Part shown: piece after piece, positions 35,425 through 47,632 of the stretch
Numbering within the stretch: position 1 is the stretch's first letter
Layout: every line of letters begins with the position of its first letter
Source of the DNA: Leucoraja ocellata
Lineage: Eukaryota
Length of the DNA stretch: 64,000 bases
Direction: 5' to 3'
NCBI GenBank assembly: GCA_036785375.1
Contig: JAWMAR010000314.1
Location: 1,550,001 to 1,614,000, forward strand
Position numbers and translations under genes: made by a program
Notes under the pieces: model-generated
The model's database searches: none
Told to the model about the DNA's origin: nothing
The model's input: the letters and a program-made list of their open reading frames with translations, nothing else

Positions 35425-37228
35425 ATGAACAAACTTGCACATTCTTACAATGAACATCACCAGCAATTTGTCCTTGGCCCAGCAACATGAAAGATATGGC
35501 CATGAAAGCACGCCAACTCCCTACTTCTTTAGAAGGCTTATGAAGTTCGACATGTTGTGGTGTGGCGGCACCTTTCGGCAGCGGCTCGACTACAGTACGT
35601 CTGTATTTTTTTTAATTTTTGTCTCGTTCAATGTATGTCTTGACTCTATTTTTTATTATTTTTCTTTAACTGTGTATATGTGGGTGGTGGGGGGGGGGGG
35701 GTGGGGGGGTGGGGGAAACCGTTAGTTTCTTCCCTGCACGGGGACCCGACTTTTTCCCTGTTGGGTCTCCGGTGTCATTGGGCCCAACATCGTGGAGCCG
35801 GTGGCGGCCTCCAGCCGGGACCAACCTGAGGGCTCCAGTCGCAGAGCCTGCGGACCTGACATGGCGGAGCTGGCCGTCCTCGGAGCAGGAGGAGCTGTGG
35901 TGGTGCGTGGCTGTGACCAAACTTTGGAGCTTTGGAGGCTCCGGCCGCAGGCCCGGTGGACGGTAACATCGGGAGCTCCAGGTCCCTGGTGGGTGACCGC
36001 TTTTTGGAGCTCCCACAACGGCAACTTCTCCCGCTGGAATCGCGGGGTTTAAAGGACTCGGAGCGGGGCCTAACATCACCAGGCGTGGCTTAAACGGCCA
36101 CAGGACTTACCATTGCCCGCCGGGGGCTTTAACATCGTGAGCCCCAGTCGCCTCGATGCTGCAGTTGGACTGCTGGACCACGGGAGAAGAACAAAGGGAA
36201 GAGATAAGACTTTTGCTTTCCATCACATTGCGGAGATGTTGGAGATTCACTGTGATGGATGTTTGTGTAAACTGTGTTAAGTGTGGGTCTTGGGTTTTTT
36301 TGTAATGTAAGATTGTAGAAAATGCAATGTCGTTCAAACCAAGCTGTTTGAATGACAATAAAAGGCATTCTATTCTACTCTATTCTATGTCCCCAACAAC
36401 TCTCACCAACTTCTACAGTGCACCATAGAAAGCATTTTATCGGAATGCGTCACAGACTGGTTTGGGAACAGCTCCATCCAAGCCCACATGAAATTGCAGA
36501 GTTGTAGACGTAGCCCAGGCCATAACACAAGCCAGCCTCGTGGCAGTGATGTCTCGCAGGTCGACCCATGGTCAATGAGATCATGGAGGACCGCTGTGAG
36601 GGAGGTGGGGGGAGAACAATGGACAATAGGGGGGGTGGGGGGTAAAGGACAATGGGGGCCCGACGTGGGGGGTGGGGGGGAGGAAGAACAAAAGGAGGAG
36701 CCGGTGTGTTGTAATTTTGTCAGTGCCGGAGGTGGCTGCTATTTGTGTACATTATTGGGTATGCAAGCAAAGAATCTCACTGTATTCCATTCCATCCATT
36801 CCATTCCCTTCCCTTGACTGCATCTACACCTCTCGCTGCCTCAGCAAGGCCACCAGCATAATCAAGGACCAGTCTCACCCCGCTCACTCCTTCTTCTCCC
36901 CTCTCCCATCAGGCAAGAGGTACAGGCATTTGTAAACACATACCTCCAGATTCAAAACAGTTTCTTCCCAGCTGTTCATCAGGCAATCGAATGGTCCTCT
37001 CATCAGCTAGAGTGGGGTCCTGACCACCCATCAACCTACCTCATTGGAGGCCTTTGAACCTCTTGATCAGACTTCAATGTTATATCGTGCACTAAACGTT
37101 GTGGACTTTAGCCTTTATCTGTGCAGTGTAGATGACTTGATCGTATTTGTGTGCAGTGTTTTCCTTGACTGGATAGCATGCAAAGAAAAGCTTTTGACTG
37201 TACCTTGTTAAACGTGACAATAATAAAC
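35425..37228 (+). mobile_element. Old Rex-Babar 3' segment hosting two nested insertions (35556-36388 and ~36540-36805)
   Basis: YFFRRLMKFDM | SPTTLTNFY..IESILSECVTDWFGNSS.. | PSLDCIYTSRCLSKATSIIKDQSHP..LPSGKRYR, then 3' UTR ending GTGACAATAATAAAC. Confidence 0.8.
35556..36388 (+). mobile_element. CpG-rich non-autonomous composite retroposon (copy C)
   Basis: Repeated AACATCG(T/G)GGAGC-like modules, CCATCACA..TGTGATGG hairpin, tail ATGACAATAAAAGGC(ATTCT)n; ATGT on both flanks. Confidence 0.78.
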
Positions 37229-38106
37229 AGTACAGAACACACACAAAAAACATTCACATTCAATCACAGTCATTCGCACAAACATTCGCACAAACACAAA
37301 GACACACACATATAAAGCACACACAAATAATCGCACACAGGCATGCACATATAGACACAAACGCCTACATGTCACAAACGCAAACATACATGTGTCATTT
37401 ACTCCTGGGCTCACCATTGTGTTCAGGTACTGGCAGCTGCAGCAGTGTCACACTCTACCAGCAATCCAACTCAGGAGCATTTCCCTCTTCTGGGTTTGAC
37501 CTTTGTTATCGGAGAGATTTTAATTTTTAATCTTGTTGCCATTCCTTGCTGCCCTGGTGCTCCCTCCCACATGCACCCCATCTGGTCGGCTCAGTGTTGA
37601 TTTCAAACCCACAGGCTGCACATAGGAGCGGAAATTAATACACGCAGCTGGTGGCCGGATCTTCTGTTCACTCAGTAACCAGGCCTCGAACTGGCAATTA
37701 CTTGAAACGTTTTCTCTCAAGGCTTTGGTCTTTGATCCTGTTAGAAAGCAGTGGCGTTGGCCGGGCTAACTCTGTGCTAACAATGCAGGCGGTGAATGGA
37801 AGGATGAGAGAGTGGCTCACAGGTAAAGTGAGATGGTGGTGTCAAGGGGCGGCTGCAGGGGAGAGGCTGTGTAAGGCAGACACCTGGGAAAGCGTCGCAC
37901 AGCCAAACACCACAGGACAATGCATGAGGAAGAAGCAACAGAGGTGGCCCTGTCACGGCCTAGCGGGGTGAACAAAGGTTCACATGGAAATCCAAAATGG
38001 CTGCCCGCTGTGAGTGCGTGAAGCCAGCCGCAGTGAGATGCTGCACCAAGCCAGGATCTTTCTAACGCAAGAGCGTCACAGGTGGATGTGCATTCCCCAA
38101 GCCTGC

Positions 38107-38472
38107 CTTAAGGGGTTGGACAGGCTAGATGCAGGAAGATTGTTCCCGATGTTGGGGAAGTCCAGGACAAGGGGTCACAGCTTAAGGATAAGGGGGAAAT
38201 CCTTTAAAACCGAGATGAGAAGAACTTTTTTCACACAGAGAGTGGTGAATCTCTGGAACTCTCTGCCACAGAGGGTAGTTGAGGCCAGTTCATTGGCTAT
38301 ATTTAAGAGGGAGTTAGAAGTGGCCCTTGTGGCTAAGGGAATCAGGGGGTATGGAGAGAAGGCAGGTACGGGATACTGAGTTGGATGATCAGCCATGATC
38401 ATATTGAATGGCAGTGCAGGCTCGAAGGGCCGAATGGCCTACTCCTGCAGCTAATTTCTATGTTTCTATGTC
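38107..38472 (+). mobile_element. CR1-type LINE 3' fragment
   Basis: KGLDRLDAGRLFPMLGKSRTRGHSL..FFTQRVVNLWNSLPQRVVEA..GIRGYGEKAGTGY*. Confidence 0.92.
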
Positions 38473-38527
38473 TGGGTGAAGGCAATGGTTCAAGGTTTTA
38501 GATAAACACTAAATCTAGAACAGTGAC

Positions 38528-39025
38528 ATGATACGATACGATACGACAGGGCTTTATTTATCCCAGGTGGGAAATTGGTTTGCCAACAGTCATCAGGTTG
38601 AAGATATGCTGGAGTACTCCGCACAACTGGCTGGCAAACACCTTGAGTACCCTCAGGCTGACACCATCGAGACCCTTGGCTTTGCCTGGGCAGAGTCTGC
38701 TCAGCAACTTTCTCACCTGCTCAGCCTTGATGGTCAGGTGCGACAAAGATCGGGCAGAGGAAGTGGATCAGGGGGATTGAGGGGGAGTGTCGGGGGGGGC
38801 AGGGGGTGGGCAGTGGCCCCTCCATTAAATCTGTTAAAAAAAACAGGTTTAGCTGATGGACCCAGCCTTGATTGCTTTCCCTCCCCAGGCCACTGGCCTT
38901 CTTGTAGCCTGTAACACTCTTCATACCACTCCACACATCCCTCATGTTGTTCTGCTGATGTTTCAGCTCCAGCTTCCTCCTGTGGTCATCCTTGGCCTCT
39001 CTAAGTCTCACCTTACTGGCACTCA
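38528..39025 (-). mobile_element. Rex-Babar LINE fragment with its 3' tail joined to mid-ORF sequence
   Basis: LREAKDDHRRKLE..NNMRDVWSGMKSVTGYK; KAKGLDGVSLRVLKVFASQLCGVLQHIFNL directly followed by ..GATAAATAAAG..(GTATC)n. Confidence 0.8.
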
Positions 39026-39185
39026 CATTGCACAGATCAAGCCCAGTGGAAAGTCTGGACACGGGTATTTTGAGGCTGCAGAGCCATCATTTCCCCTGCA
39101 CCCTACAATGATTCATCGTTTTATGTACTGGCAGCTGCTCAGTACACTGCCTTTACCGGTGGATCCTGTCTGTGTATCCTAAAAA

Positions 39186-39402
39186 TACCCCTGTCCCACT
39201 TAGGAAACCTGAACGGAAACCTCTGGAGACTTTGCGCCCCACCCAAGGTTTCCGTGCGGTTCCCGGAGGTTTTTGTCAGTCTCCCTACCTGCTTCCACTA
39301 CCTGCAACCTCCGGCAACCACCTGCAACCTCCGGGAACCGCACGGGTGGGGCGCAAAGTCTCCAGAGGTTTCCGTTCAGGTTTCCCAAGTGGGACAGGGG
39401 CA
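39186..39402. mobile_element. Harbinger/PIF-like MITE, family C
   Basis: Near identical to 20141-20366 with a short deletion in the right arm. Confidence 0.85.
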
Positions 39403-40215
39403 TTTTTAACTCCTCACTAGCAGCAGTGCCTGGCACAACTGTGTTACAAAGTCACGCAGACACCTGCTTGATCCATTATTTCCAGGGGCCACTCCCTTTA
39501 GTTTTCCAGAATGTTGTTCACAAGCCTTGGAATTCTCATCCTTTAGCCCTATTATTTTCTCAATCATTATTTCTTTATTAACACTGATTTCCTTGGGACC
39601 CTTAATCTCTGTAGCGTACATTCAAAATACCAGGAATATGTATGGAGTGGGGAATCTTGTAGGTCTCGGCGAAGCATTGGGCACGTCAGTGGTGTAATGA
39701 TCTGTGGTTTTTGGATGACAATACCCTCTCAAGGCAGGATGTGTGTATCCGCTGGGGTTTGTAGAATCCGGGTGATCAAAGCCCAAGCACCATTGTTCAC
39801 GTCTTGGGCTGTATGCCGTGGCTCTGTGTATTTCCTACATGTATAGACCAACGAGTCTTTGTCTTCAGTTACTCCCCATTATTTTCCTCTCACCTTCATG
39901 TTCTTGGGACAAAGTGTTTTGTATCGAATAGATCACCAGGGACTCTGAGCTAGGGTGTAATCTCTGACGTATTCCCCTGCCATTTGTCAGGGAATTTAAA
40001 AAGAAGGATATATCTCAAAAAGTTTCTCATATGTGCTGTTTCTAATCCTTTAAGCATAAAATAAGTTGATATTTAAAAAAAAGATTGGAATATCTAAAAC
40101 CAAACACATTGGCTGAATGTATTACATTCGCACTATATACTCTGTAAATTGGTCGCCACAGTATAGGAAGGATATTGGTTCTCTCGCGAGGGTGCAGAGG
40201 AGATTCACCAGGACA

Positions 40216-40492
40216 TTGTGCAGGAAGGAGCCACAGATGCCGGTTTGCACCGAAGATAGACACTAAATTGTGGAGTGACTCAACGGGACAGGAAGCATCT
40301 CTGGGTGACCTTTCTACATTTCCTTATCATCTTCAGGTTAGATCTGTGGTTTTCACACCTTACCCTTCCATACCTCTAGACTCCCGCTCCTCTGAGTCAG
40401 AAGAGGGGTCTCGACCCGAAAACATCACCCATTCCTTCTCTCCAGAGGTGCTGACTGCCCCGCTGAGTTACTCCAGCATTTTTTGTCTATCT
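40216..40492. mobile_element. Penelope-derived fold-back insertion in an old CR1 fragment
   Basis: Inverted pLTR arms; CAGAAGAGGGGTCTCGACCCGAAAACATC hammerhead-like remnant. Confidence 0.7.
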
Positions 40493-41421
40493 ACAGCACG
40501 ACATAGCCTGGGATGAGATGCTTCAGTTATGAGGAATCACAGGATAGGCTGGGTTGTTTTATTTGGAGCACAGGAGGCTGAGGGGGAACCTGACTGAGGT
40601 GCACAGGGAGAGTAGTTAGAGGAAATGTATAGATATGGTTTATTTAGATAAAGGCATTTGACAAGGTGCCCCATAAGAGGCTGGTGCATAAATGAAGAGC
40701 CTAAGGTGTTCGAGGCAGTGGGTTAGCATGTACTGGAAAATGGCTGTCACATGGAAAACAAAGAGTTGGGTCCTCTCATACATGATAGGAGCAGAATTAG
40801 GCCATTCGGCCCATCAATTACCACTCCACCATTGAATCTTGGCGGATCTATCTCTCCCTCTCAACCCTCATCACTCAGCCATGATCATATTGAAAGGCGG
40901 TGCAGGCTCGAAGGGCCGAATTGCCTACTCCTGCACCTATTTTCTATGTTTCTATGTTTCTATTCTTCTGTCTTCTCCCCATAACTCCTGACACCCATAC
41001 TCATCAAGGATCGATCTATCACTCCCTTAAAAATATCCTCTTCAGGCTGGAAGAGTGAAACTCATGAAGCCCCCCAGAGATTGATTCATGGTTCTTGGCA
41101 CTCATTTGTTTACTACATATATTAATGATTAGAGGAGGGAATAGAATGTATCCAAGGTTGCCGATGATACAAAAGGGACACATTGTGACGAGAACATCGT
41201 CATTCTGCAGTGGAGGATAGATATGTGGAGTGGGTGGGTAAAACCCTGGCAAGTGGGATTTAATGCGGGGAGGTGTTTGTGGCCAGGCGCTGGGCAAGGG
41301 AAAGCTAAAGGAAGAATATTGTCTAAATGGAGAGAGACAACAAATGAGTGAAGTCCAGTGGAATCGAGGATTTTCAGTACACAAATCACAAAACGTTAGC
41401 CGATGGGTTCAACAGGCACAT

Positions 41422-41697
41422 AACATAGAAACATAGAAACATAGAAATTAGGTGCAGGAGTAGGCCATTCGGCCCTTCGAGCCTGCACCGCCATTCAATA
41501 TGATCATGGCTGATCATCCAACTCAGTATCCCGTACCTGCCTTCTCTCCATACCCCCTGATCCCCTTAGCCACAAGGGCCACATCTAACTCCCTCTTAAA
41601 TATAGCCAATGAACTGGCCTCAACTATCCTCTGTGGCAGAGAGTTCCAGAGATTCACCACTCTCTGTGTGAAAAAAGTGAAAGAAGTTCTTCTCATC
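41422..41697 (-). mobile_element. CR1-type LINE 3' fragment
   Basis: (CATAGAAA)n on the plus strand; near-identical reverse complement of 38215-38472. Confidence 0.92.
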
Positions 41698-41865
41698 TAT
41701 AAGAAGATAAGCAGCATATCAGCAATTAACTTCTCGAACCTGCAACTCTTTGGGATGTGGGAGGAACATTTGAGCAGCCGGAGGAAATCCACTTGATCAC
41801 AGGGGGAGCATAGAAACTCCACACGGACAGAGGACAGGAGTGAAACTAGGTGTCAGGCACTGTGA

Positions 41866-42059
41866 AGATAGGCACAAAATGCTGGAGTAACTCAGCGGGA
41901 CAGACAGCATCTCTGGAGAGAAGGAATGGGTGATGTTTTGGATCGACCCAAAACGTCACCAATTCCTTCTCTCCTGAGATGCTGCCTGTCCCGCTGAGTT
42001 ACTCCAGCATTTTGTGTCTACCTTCAATTTAAACAAGCATCTGCAGTTCTTTCCTACTT
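41866..42059. mobile_element. Penelope-derived fold-back insertion
   Basis: ~75-bp arms centred on GGATCGACCC (hammerhead helix II position); perfect 11-bp TSD AGGCACTGTGA at 41855-41865 and 42060-42070. Confidence 0.88.
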
Positions 42060-42252
42060 AGGCACTGTGAGGTAGCTGTTCTAAACTGATGATTGTTTTA
42101 TTTTTTATAATGTATTACATTATCTATGAGGACTGTGTTTACAAGTCCGTTATGCTTCTGCAAGTCAGAATTTCATCGTTCCGTTGAGCGTCCATATGAC
42201 AATGAAACATTCTTGACTCTTGAATCAAATCTTGAAGAAATATCTGTAATTC

Positions 42253-42575
42253 AGTTTAGTTTAGTTTAGTTTAGTTTAGTTTAGTGATACAGTGTGGAAA
42301 CAGGCCCTTCAACCTACCGACTCCGCGGCGACCAGCGACCCCCGCATGTTACCACTACCCTACACACGCTACGGACAATTTTACATTTATACCGAGCCGA
42401 TTAACACACAAACCTGTACGTCTATGGAGTGTGGGAGGAAAGCGAAGATCTTGGAGAAAACCCACGCAGGTCACGGGGAGAATGTACAAACTCCGTACAG
42501 ACAAGTGCCCGTAGTCAGGAATGTATCCGGGTCTCTAGCGTTGTAAGGCAGTAACTCTAACGCTATGCCACCGCC
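42253..42575 (-). mobile_element. HE1-type V-SINE
   Basis: (TTTAG)n tail, V-domain, head. Confidence 0.88.
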
Positions 42576-43965
42576 CCGCTCCGTGAAATAAGGTGTTTAG
42601 TACAAATATGATGGTGAAGTATACATAACCGAAGACTCAGTGGCTTCAGATGACAGACACTTAAATAAAAGGATAATCATAACAAGTGTGGAATGGTTTC
42701 AGCATGGAACGAGGCCTTTCAGACCCTCACGCCCATGATGGTTCTATGCTAACTCAATGCGGCGGTCCCACTCCCTCACCGTCCCCCACACTGTGCAAAT
42801 TCACCCGTTCAGATACTTTCCATCTCCCTCTCGGTCCCGACCATTGAATCTGCCGCCTCTGATTCTCCCGCAGTATGATCCAGACCCACGCCAGGAGCTC
42901 TGGAGGTAGGTGTTCCTCTGGTTGCCCAATGGGATGAGTCCAGTATTGAGCTGTGACTGAGTGGTGTGGGGGTCTTCCCCCTTCTGCTGGGTCTCCACAG
43001 GCTCCTAGTGTGCAGGTGACCCGTGTAAACTGGGGAGTTGATGGGAGTGTGGGGAAGACGAGGGAATGTGGAATTAGAGTAGGAGCAGTGTAAACAGATG
43101 GTTGATGGTCAATGCTGTACATCGAGCTGGACAATCCAATGACCGGCGGAGACCAAATAATTCCCACTTTCTATCCCGTTACTCCCATTGCCATGTCCCA
43201 AAACCTCAAGTGCCCATCCCCGAACCCCTAATGCTCATTTCTTGGCCCCAAATGTCCATGACTCTTGCTACGCATGCTTCAACACACTGACCCTAATTGT
43301 CATCCTCAGACCTCTCTGACCACCCTCGAATCCCTACACCCAACACAACCCGTCCCACACTCTCACTGGCCCTTCCTTGGCCACTGAATGAATAAATTAT
43401 ACTTTATTGTCGCATGTGACAAGTCACAGTGAGATTCTTTGCTTTGTGTACCCAATGTATGCAAAGAGTCACCACATAAAGGGCGCTGAGACTGCTTCAC
43501 AACCCTTGTTATTGGGGTAAAATTGTACAGACTTTAATCCCGCCATGACCCAGACTCGATCCTCACCTCCGGTGCTGTCTGTATAGAGATACACATCATC
43601 CTGAGACCACATGGGCTTCCCCAACTACTCCATCTCCCGTCCACCCCATATACCGAAGATGTTCAGGTAGGTTAACTAGCAACCTTAAATTGCCCAGAGT
43701 GTGGGTGGGTGACAAGACAATTGAGCAGCTGGAGAGTATATATACAAGAGACAATACAGTATGGTCGATGGGATTGCCCTGAGACCAAGCACAGACTCAT
43801 TGGGCTGAATGGTCTCATTTTATGTAGTCTGAAATCAATTACTCCTAACGTGTCGGCACCTTTTGATGGCATCTTATCAACCGGTCTTTCAAGATATTTG
43901 TGCCGAATGGCAAAATGTTTTTGCAGAAGATATTTTTGCAGAACGGCAAATATTTTTGCAGAGTA

Positions 43966-44275
43966 GGCGGCACCGTGACGCAGCGGTAGAGTTGCTGCCT
44001 TACAGCGCTTTCAGTGCCAGAGCCCTGGGTTCGATCCCAAATACAGGTGTTGTCTGTACGGAGTTTTACGTTATCCCCGTGACCTGCGTGGGTTTTCGCC
44101 GAGATCTTCAGCTTCCTCCCACCCTGCAAAGATGCACAGGTTTGTAGGTTAATTGGCTTGGTAAATGTAAAAATTGGCCCTAGTGGGAGTGGGATAGTGT
44201 TAATGTGCGGGGATCGCTGGCCTGTGCGGACCCGGTGGGCTGACTGGCCTGTTTCTGCGCTGTATCTCTAAACTA
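43966..44275 (+). mobile_element. HE1-type V-SINE
   Basis: GGCGGCACCGTGACGCAGCGGTAGAG head, GGTTCGATCC, GCTGTATCTCTAAACTAA tail. Confidence 0.9.
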
Positions 44276-44292
44276 ATTCCTTTCTGTTCTGC

Positions 44293-44677
44293 ACTCCCGG
44301 TGGCTCAGCACTTCAACTCCCCCTCCCATTCCCAATCCGACCTCTCTGTCATGGGTCTCCTCCATTGCCAGAGTGCGCAATACCGGATATTGGAGGAACA
44401 GCACCTCATATTCCGCCTGGATTGCTTGCGTCCGGATGGCATGAACGTTGAATTCTCCCAGTTTTGCTATCCCTTGCTGTCTCCTCCCCTTCCTTAACCC
44501 TCGAGCTGTCTCCTCCCATCCCCCCGCCCTCGGGCTCCTCCTCCTCCCTTTTTCCTTCCTTCTCCCCCCCACCCCCCATCAGTCTGAAGAAGGGTTTCGA
44601 CCCGAAACGTCGCCTATTTCCTTCGCTCCATAGATGCTGCTGCACCCGCTGAGTTTCTCCAGCATTTTTGTCTACTT
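44293..44677 (+). mobile_element. Penelope-like (Neptune-type) 3' fragment
   Basis: VAQHFNSPSHSQSDLSVMGLLHCQS..LEEQHLIFRL..PDGMNVEFS plus pLTR; same family as 440-857. Confidence 0.88.
44584..44611 (+). ncRNA. Minimal hammerhead-ribozyme motif, best-preserved copy
   Basis: CTGAAGA-A-GGGT-TTCG-ACCC-GAAACGTC: core, Watson-Crick helix II with UUCG loop, ACGU palindrome, GUC triplet. Confidence 0.6.
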
Positions 44678-45247
44678 CCTTTCTGTACTGTGTAGGTGTA
44701 TTGTCAAAGTTTAATTAGAGGAAAGCTGTCCCAGAGATGTAATAAAGAAGGTAATAAAAATGAATCCATTCAAAGCCAGGAGCTCGCTCAAGTTGACCAG
44801 TGTGGAGATAATTAAGTGCTCATGTTGGTCGATGAGATACTTTCAGAGAGCTTAAAGTCCAAGTGCACACAGCTTCCTCCCTCAATAATAGCTTGGGGAA
44901 TATTGGTTACTTTGTGCAGAGCTGTGTGTTTAGAGTATAGATTACCATTATTCTGATTGGAGTGTGCATTTGTGAAGGAGCACAAGCTAGGCCTGTCTAG
45001 AGTCTGAAATTAGATTTATGGGGCTCGGAGTCCAATCCCACTTCAGAAACCTGTCTGTACAAACTATGCATTTCCTCTGCAGTTCCCCAGTTGATCGGCG
45101 ATGTGCCTGGCTCAATGCTATCACACCTGCCTCTGAGTCACAGTGCTGAAGGCTTGTCAGAAAGATAAGCACAAATTCTAGAGAGAGAGCTTGAACATGA
45201 ATCCTAATGTCCGCCGCCTCTTTGCTAGATGTACAGAGGTGAAATCA

Positions 45248-45490
45248 AAGATAGACACAAAAAGCTGGAGTAACTCAGCGGGCCGGACAGCATCTCTGGA
45301 GTTAAGGAAGAGGTGACGTTTCTGGTCGAGACCCTTCTTCAGACTGACTGAGAGTCATGGGGAAAGGGAAACAAGAGATGTAGATGGTGATATAGCGAGA
45401 TATATAGAACAAATGAGTGAAAGATATGCAAAAAAGTAATGATGATAAAGGAAATGGGCCAAAGACTCAGACAACTGGGCCCATTGGCAA
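45248..45490 (-). mobile_element. Penelope pLTR fragment
   Basis: Minus-strand CAGTCTGAAGAAGGGTCTCGACCAGAAACGTCACC and flanking pLTR sequence. Confidence 0.8.
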
Positions 45491-45992
45491 ATAGCCACCT
45501 GGTTGACAGATTGGTCCCAACAGGATGCCACGGAATCAGAACTGGGCTCATTTACCCACAATTTATATTAATGACTTTTTGAAAGGACAGAGTGCAACAT
45601 AGCAAGTGAACAGCTGATGGAGATCGGGAGAGGAGGAGAGCTGCATGGAGGGTCCCAGGAACCTGCAGAGACACGTGGAGAGGTCAAGCAGGCAGGCAAG
45701 ATGCTGGCAGCTGGTGTAGATAATTGGGTGGGGTGGATAAGGGGAAGGGGAGGTAATTCACCTTGACAGGAAGAAATGAAAAAAGTCATATTTTTTAATA
45801 GGTGGCAAATTAATAAATTTTGGAGTTCAGAGGGGTTTGGGCATATTGGTTCCTGAGAGGCAGCCATTAAAGATGCAGATACAGTGAATAACCAGAAGGC
45901 AAAGTTGTGTCTATTGGAAGAGTGTGGAGCGTAAAATCTTTTACTGAGGTAGAACAGACTTTGGCAGGACATCACCGGAAGCACAATTGTGA

Positions 45993-46312
45993 TTAGTTTA
46001 GTTTGTTTTAGTTTAGTTTAGTTTAGTTGAGAGATGCAGTGTCGAAACAGGCCCTTTGGCCCCCTGAGTCCACGCCAACCAACAAACACCCCTACACTGT
46101 TCTATCATGCACACTAGGGACAATTTACAACAGCCAATTAGCCTACAAACCTCTGCACGTCTATGGGATGTGGGAAGAAACCGGAGGACCCAGAGAATAC
46201 TCACACCATCACAGGGATAACATGCAAACTCCATGCAGACCGCACCCATAGTCAGGAGCGAACCTGGGTCTCTGGCGCAGTTAGGCAGCAGCTCTACCGC
46301 TGCGCCACTGTG
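45993..46312 (-). mobile_element. HE1-type V-SINE
   Basis: (TTTAG)n tail, V-domain, head. Confidence 0.85.
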
Positions 46313-46356
46313 CTGGCCAGTAGAGTTGGTGCCGGATTTGATCAGGCGCTGTCTAA

Positions 46357-46945
46357 ATAGAAGAATAGAACAGAATGCCTTTTAATGTCATTCAAACAGC
46401 TTGGTTTGAACGAAATTGCATTTTCTACAATCTTACATTACAAAAACACCCCAGACCCACACTTAACACAATTTACACAAACATCCATCACAGTGAATCT
46501 CCAACAACTCCTCACTGTGATGGAAGGCAAAAGTCTTATCTCTTCCCTTTGTTCTTCTCCCGCGGTCCAGCAGTCCAACTGCAGCGTCGAGGTGACTGGG
46601 GCTCACGATGTTAAAGCCCCCGGTGGGCGATGGTAAGTCCCGCGGCCGTTAAGCCGCGCCGGGCGATGTTAGGCCCCGCTGCGAGTCCTTTAAACCCCGC
46701 GATTCCAGCTGGAGAAGTTGCCGTTGCGGGAGCTCCGAAAAGCAGTCACCCACCGGGGACCTGCGAGTTCCCGATGTTACCATCCACCGGGCCTGCGGCT
46801 GGAGCTGCTGAAGCTCCGAAGTCGTGTCACGGCCGCGTGCCACCACAGCTCTCCACGCTCCGAAGACGGCAGCTCCACGATGTCAGGTCCGCAGGCTCCG
46901 CGACTGGAGCCCTCAGGTTGGCCCTGGCCGGATGCCGCCGCCGTC
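46357..46945 (-). mobile_element. CpG-rich composite retroposon, 5'-truncated (copy D)
   Basis: Closely similar to the reverse complement of 35800-36388; 13-bp stem at 46484-46496 / 46512-46524. Confidence 0.8.
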
Positions 46946-47632
46946 TGCGGGGAGTGTTTACATTTTCCCTGTGACCACTGGAGTTTTCCCCGGTGTTCCA
47001 ATTTCCTACCACATCCCAAAGATGGTGGATTAATTGGCTGCTATAAATTGCTCCTGGTGTGCAGGTGAGTGGTAGAACTGTTGGCCGTGTCAGAAGGATT
47101 GACTTGAGGGGCCAAATCACCTTCTTCTGTCATAAGATAATACGGAATATGGTCTATAAGGTTTATAATAGAAAATAGGAAGGTATATAATAGAAAATGC
47201 TGGGAATGCGCAGCAGATTGGGCAGCATCTGCAGAGACGGAACCAGAGTTAATGGTTCATGACATCTAAGCTTTTTGCTTGCAGCAGCATGTACTTGCCT
47301 TGGTCAGTGTCGTGTAGGTTCACTGCAGAGGATGGGAATGAGTAGCATTGGCACTCACTCTCACAATAGTTGAGAGGAATGTGGGATAATCCTATTGAGA
47401 AGTTAAGAGCTCCGAGATTGATTGAGAAGCTGATTTCCATCAGCTTCAAATCTAATACTAGGAAGCCTAGCCTCAGGTTAAGAGGCAACCATTAGGACAT
47501 GAGTTTTAGTTTTAGTTTCACAACGTGGAAACGGGCCTTTCGGCCCACCGAGTCCGCACCAACCAACCCCATAACCTAGTCTATCTCTAGTATACTCTAG
47601 CAACAATTTACAGGAGCCAATTAACTTACAAA

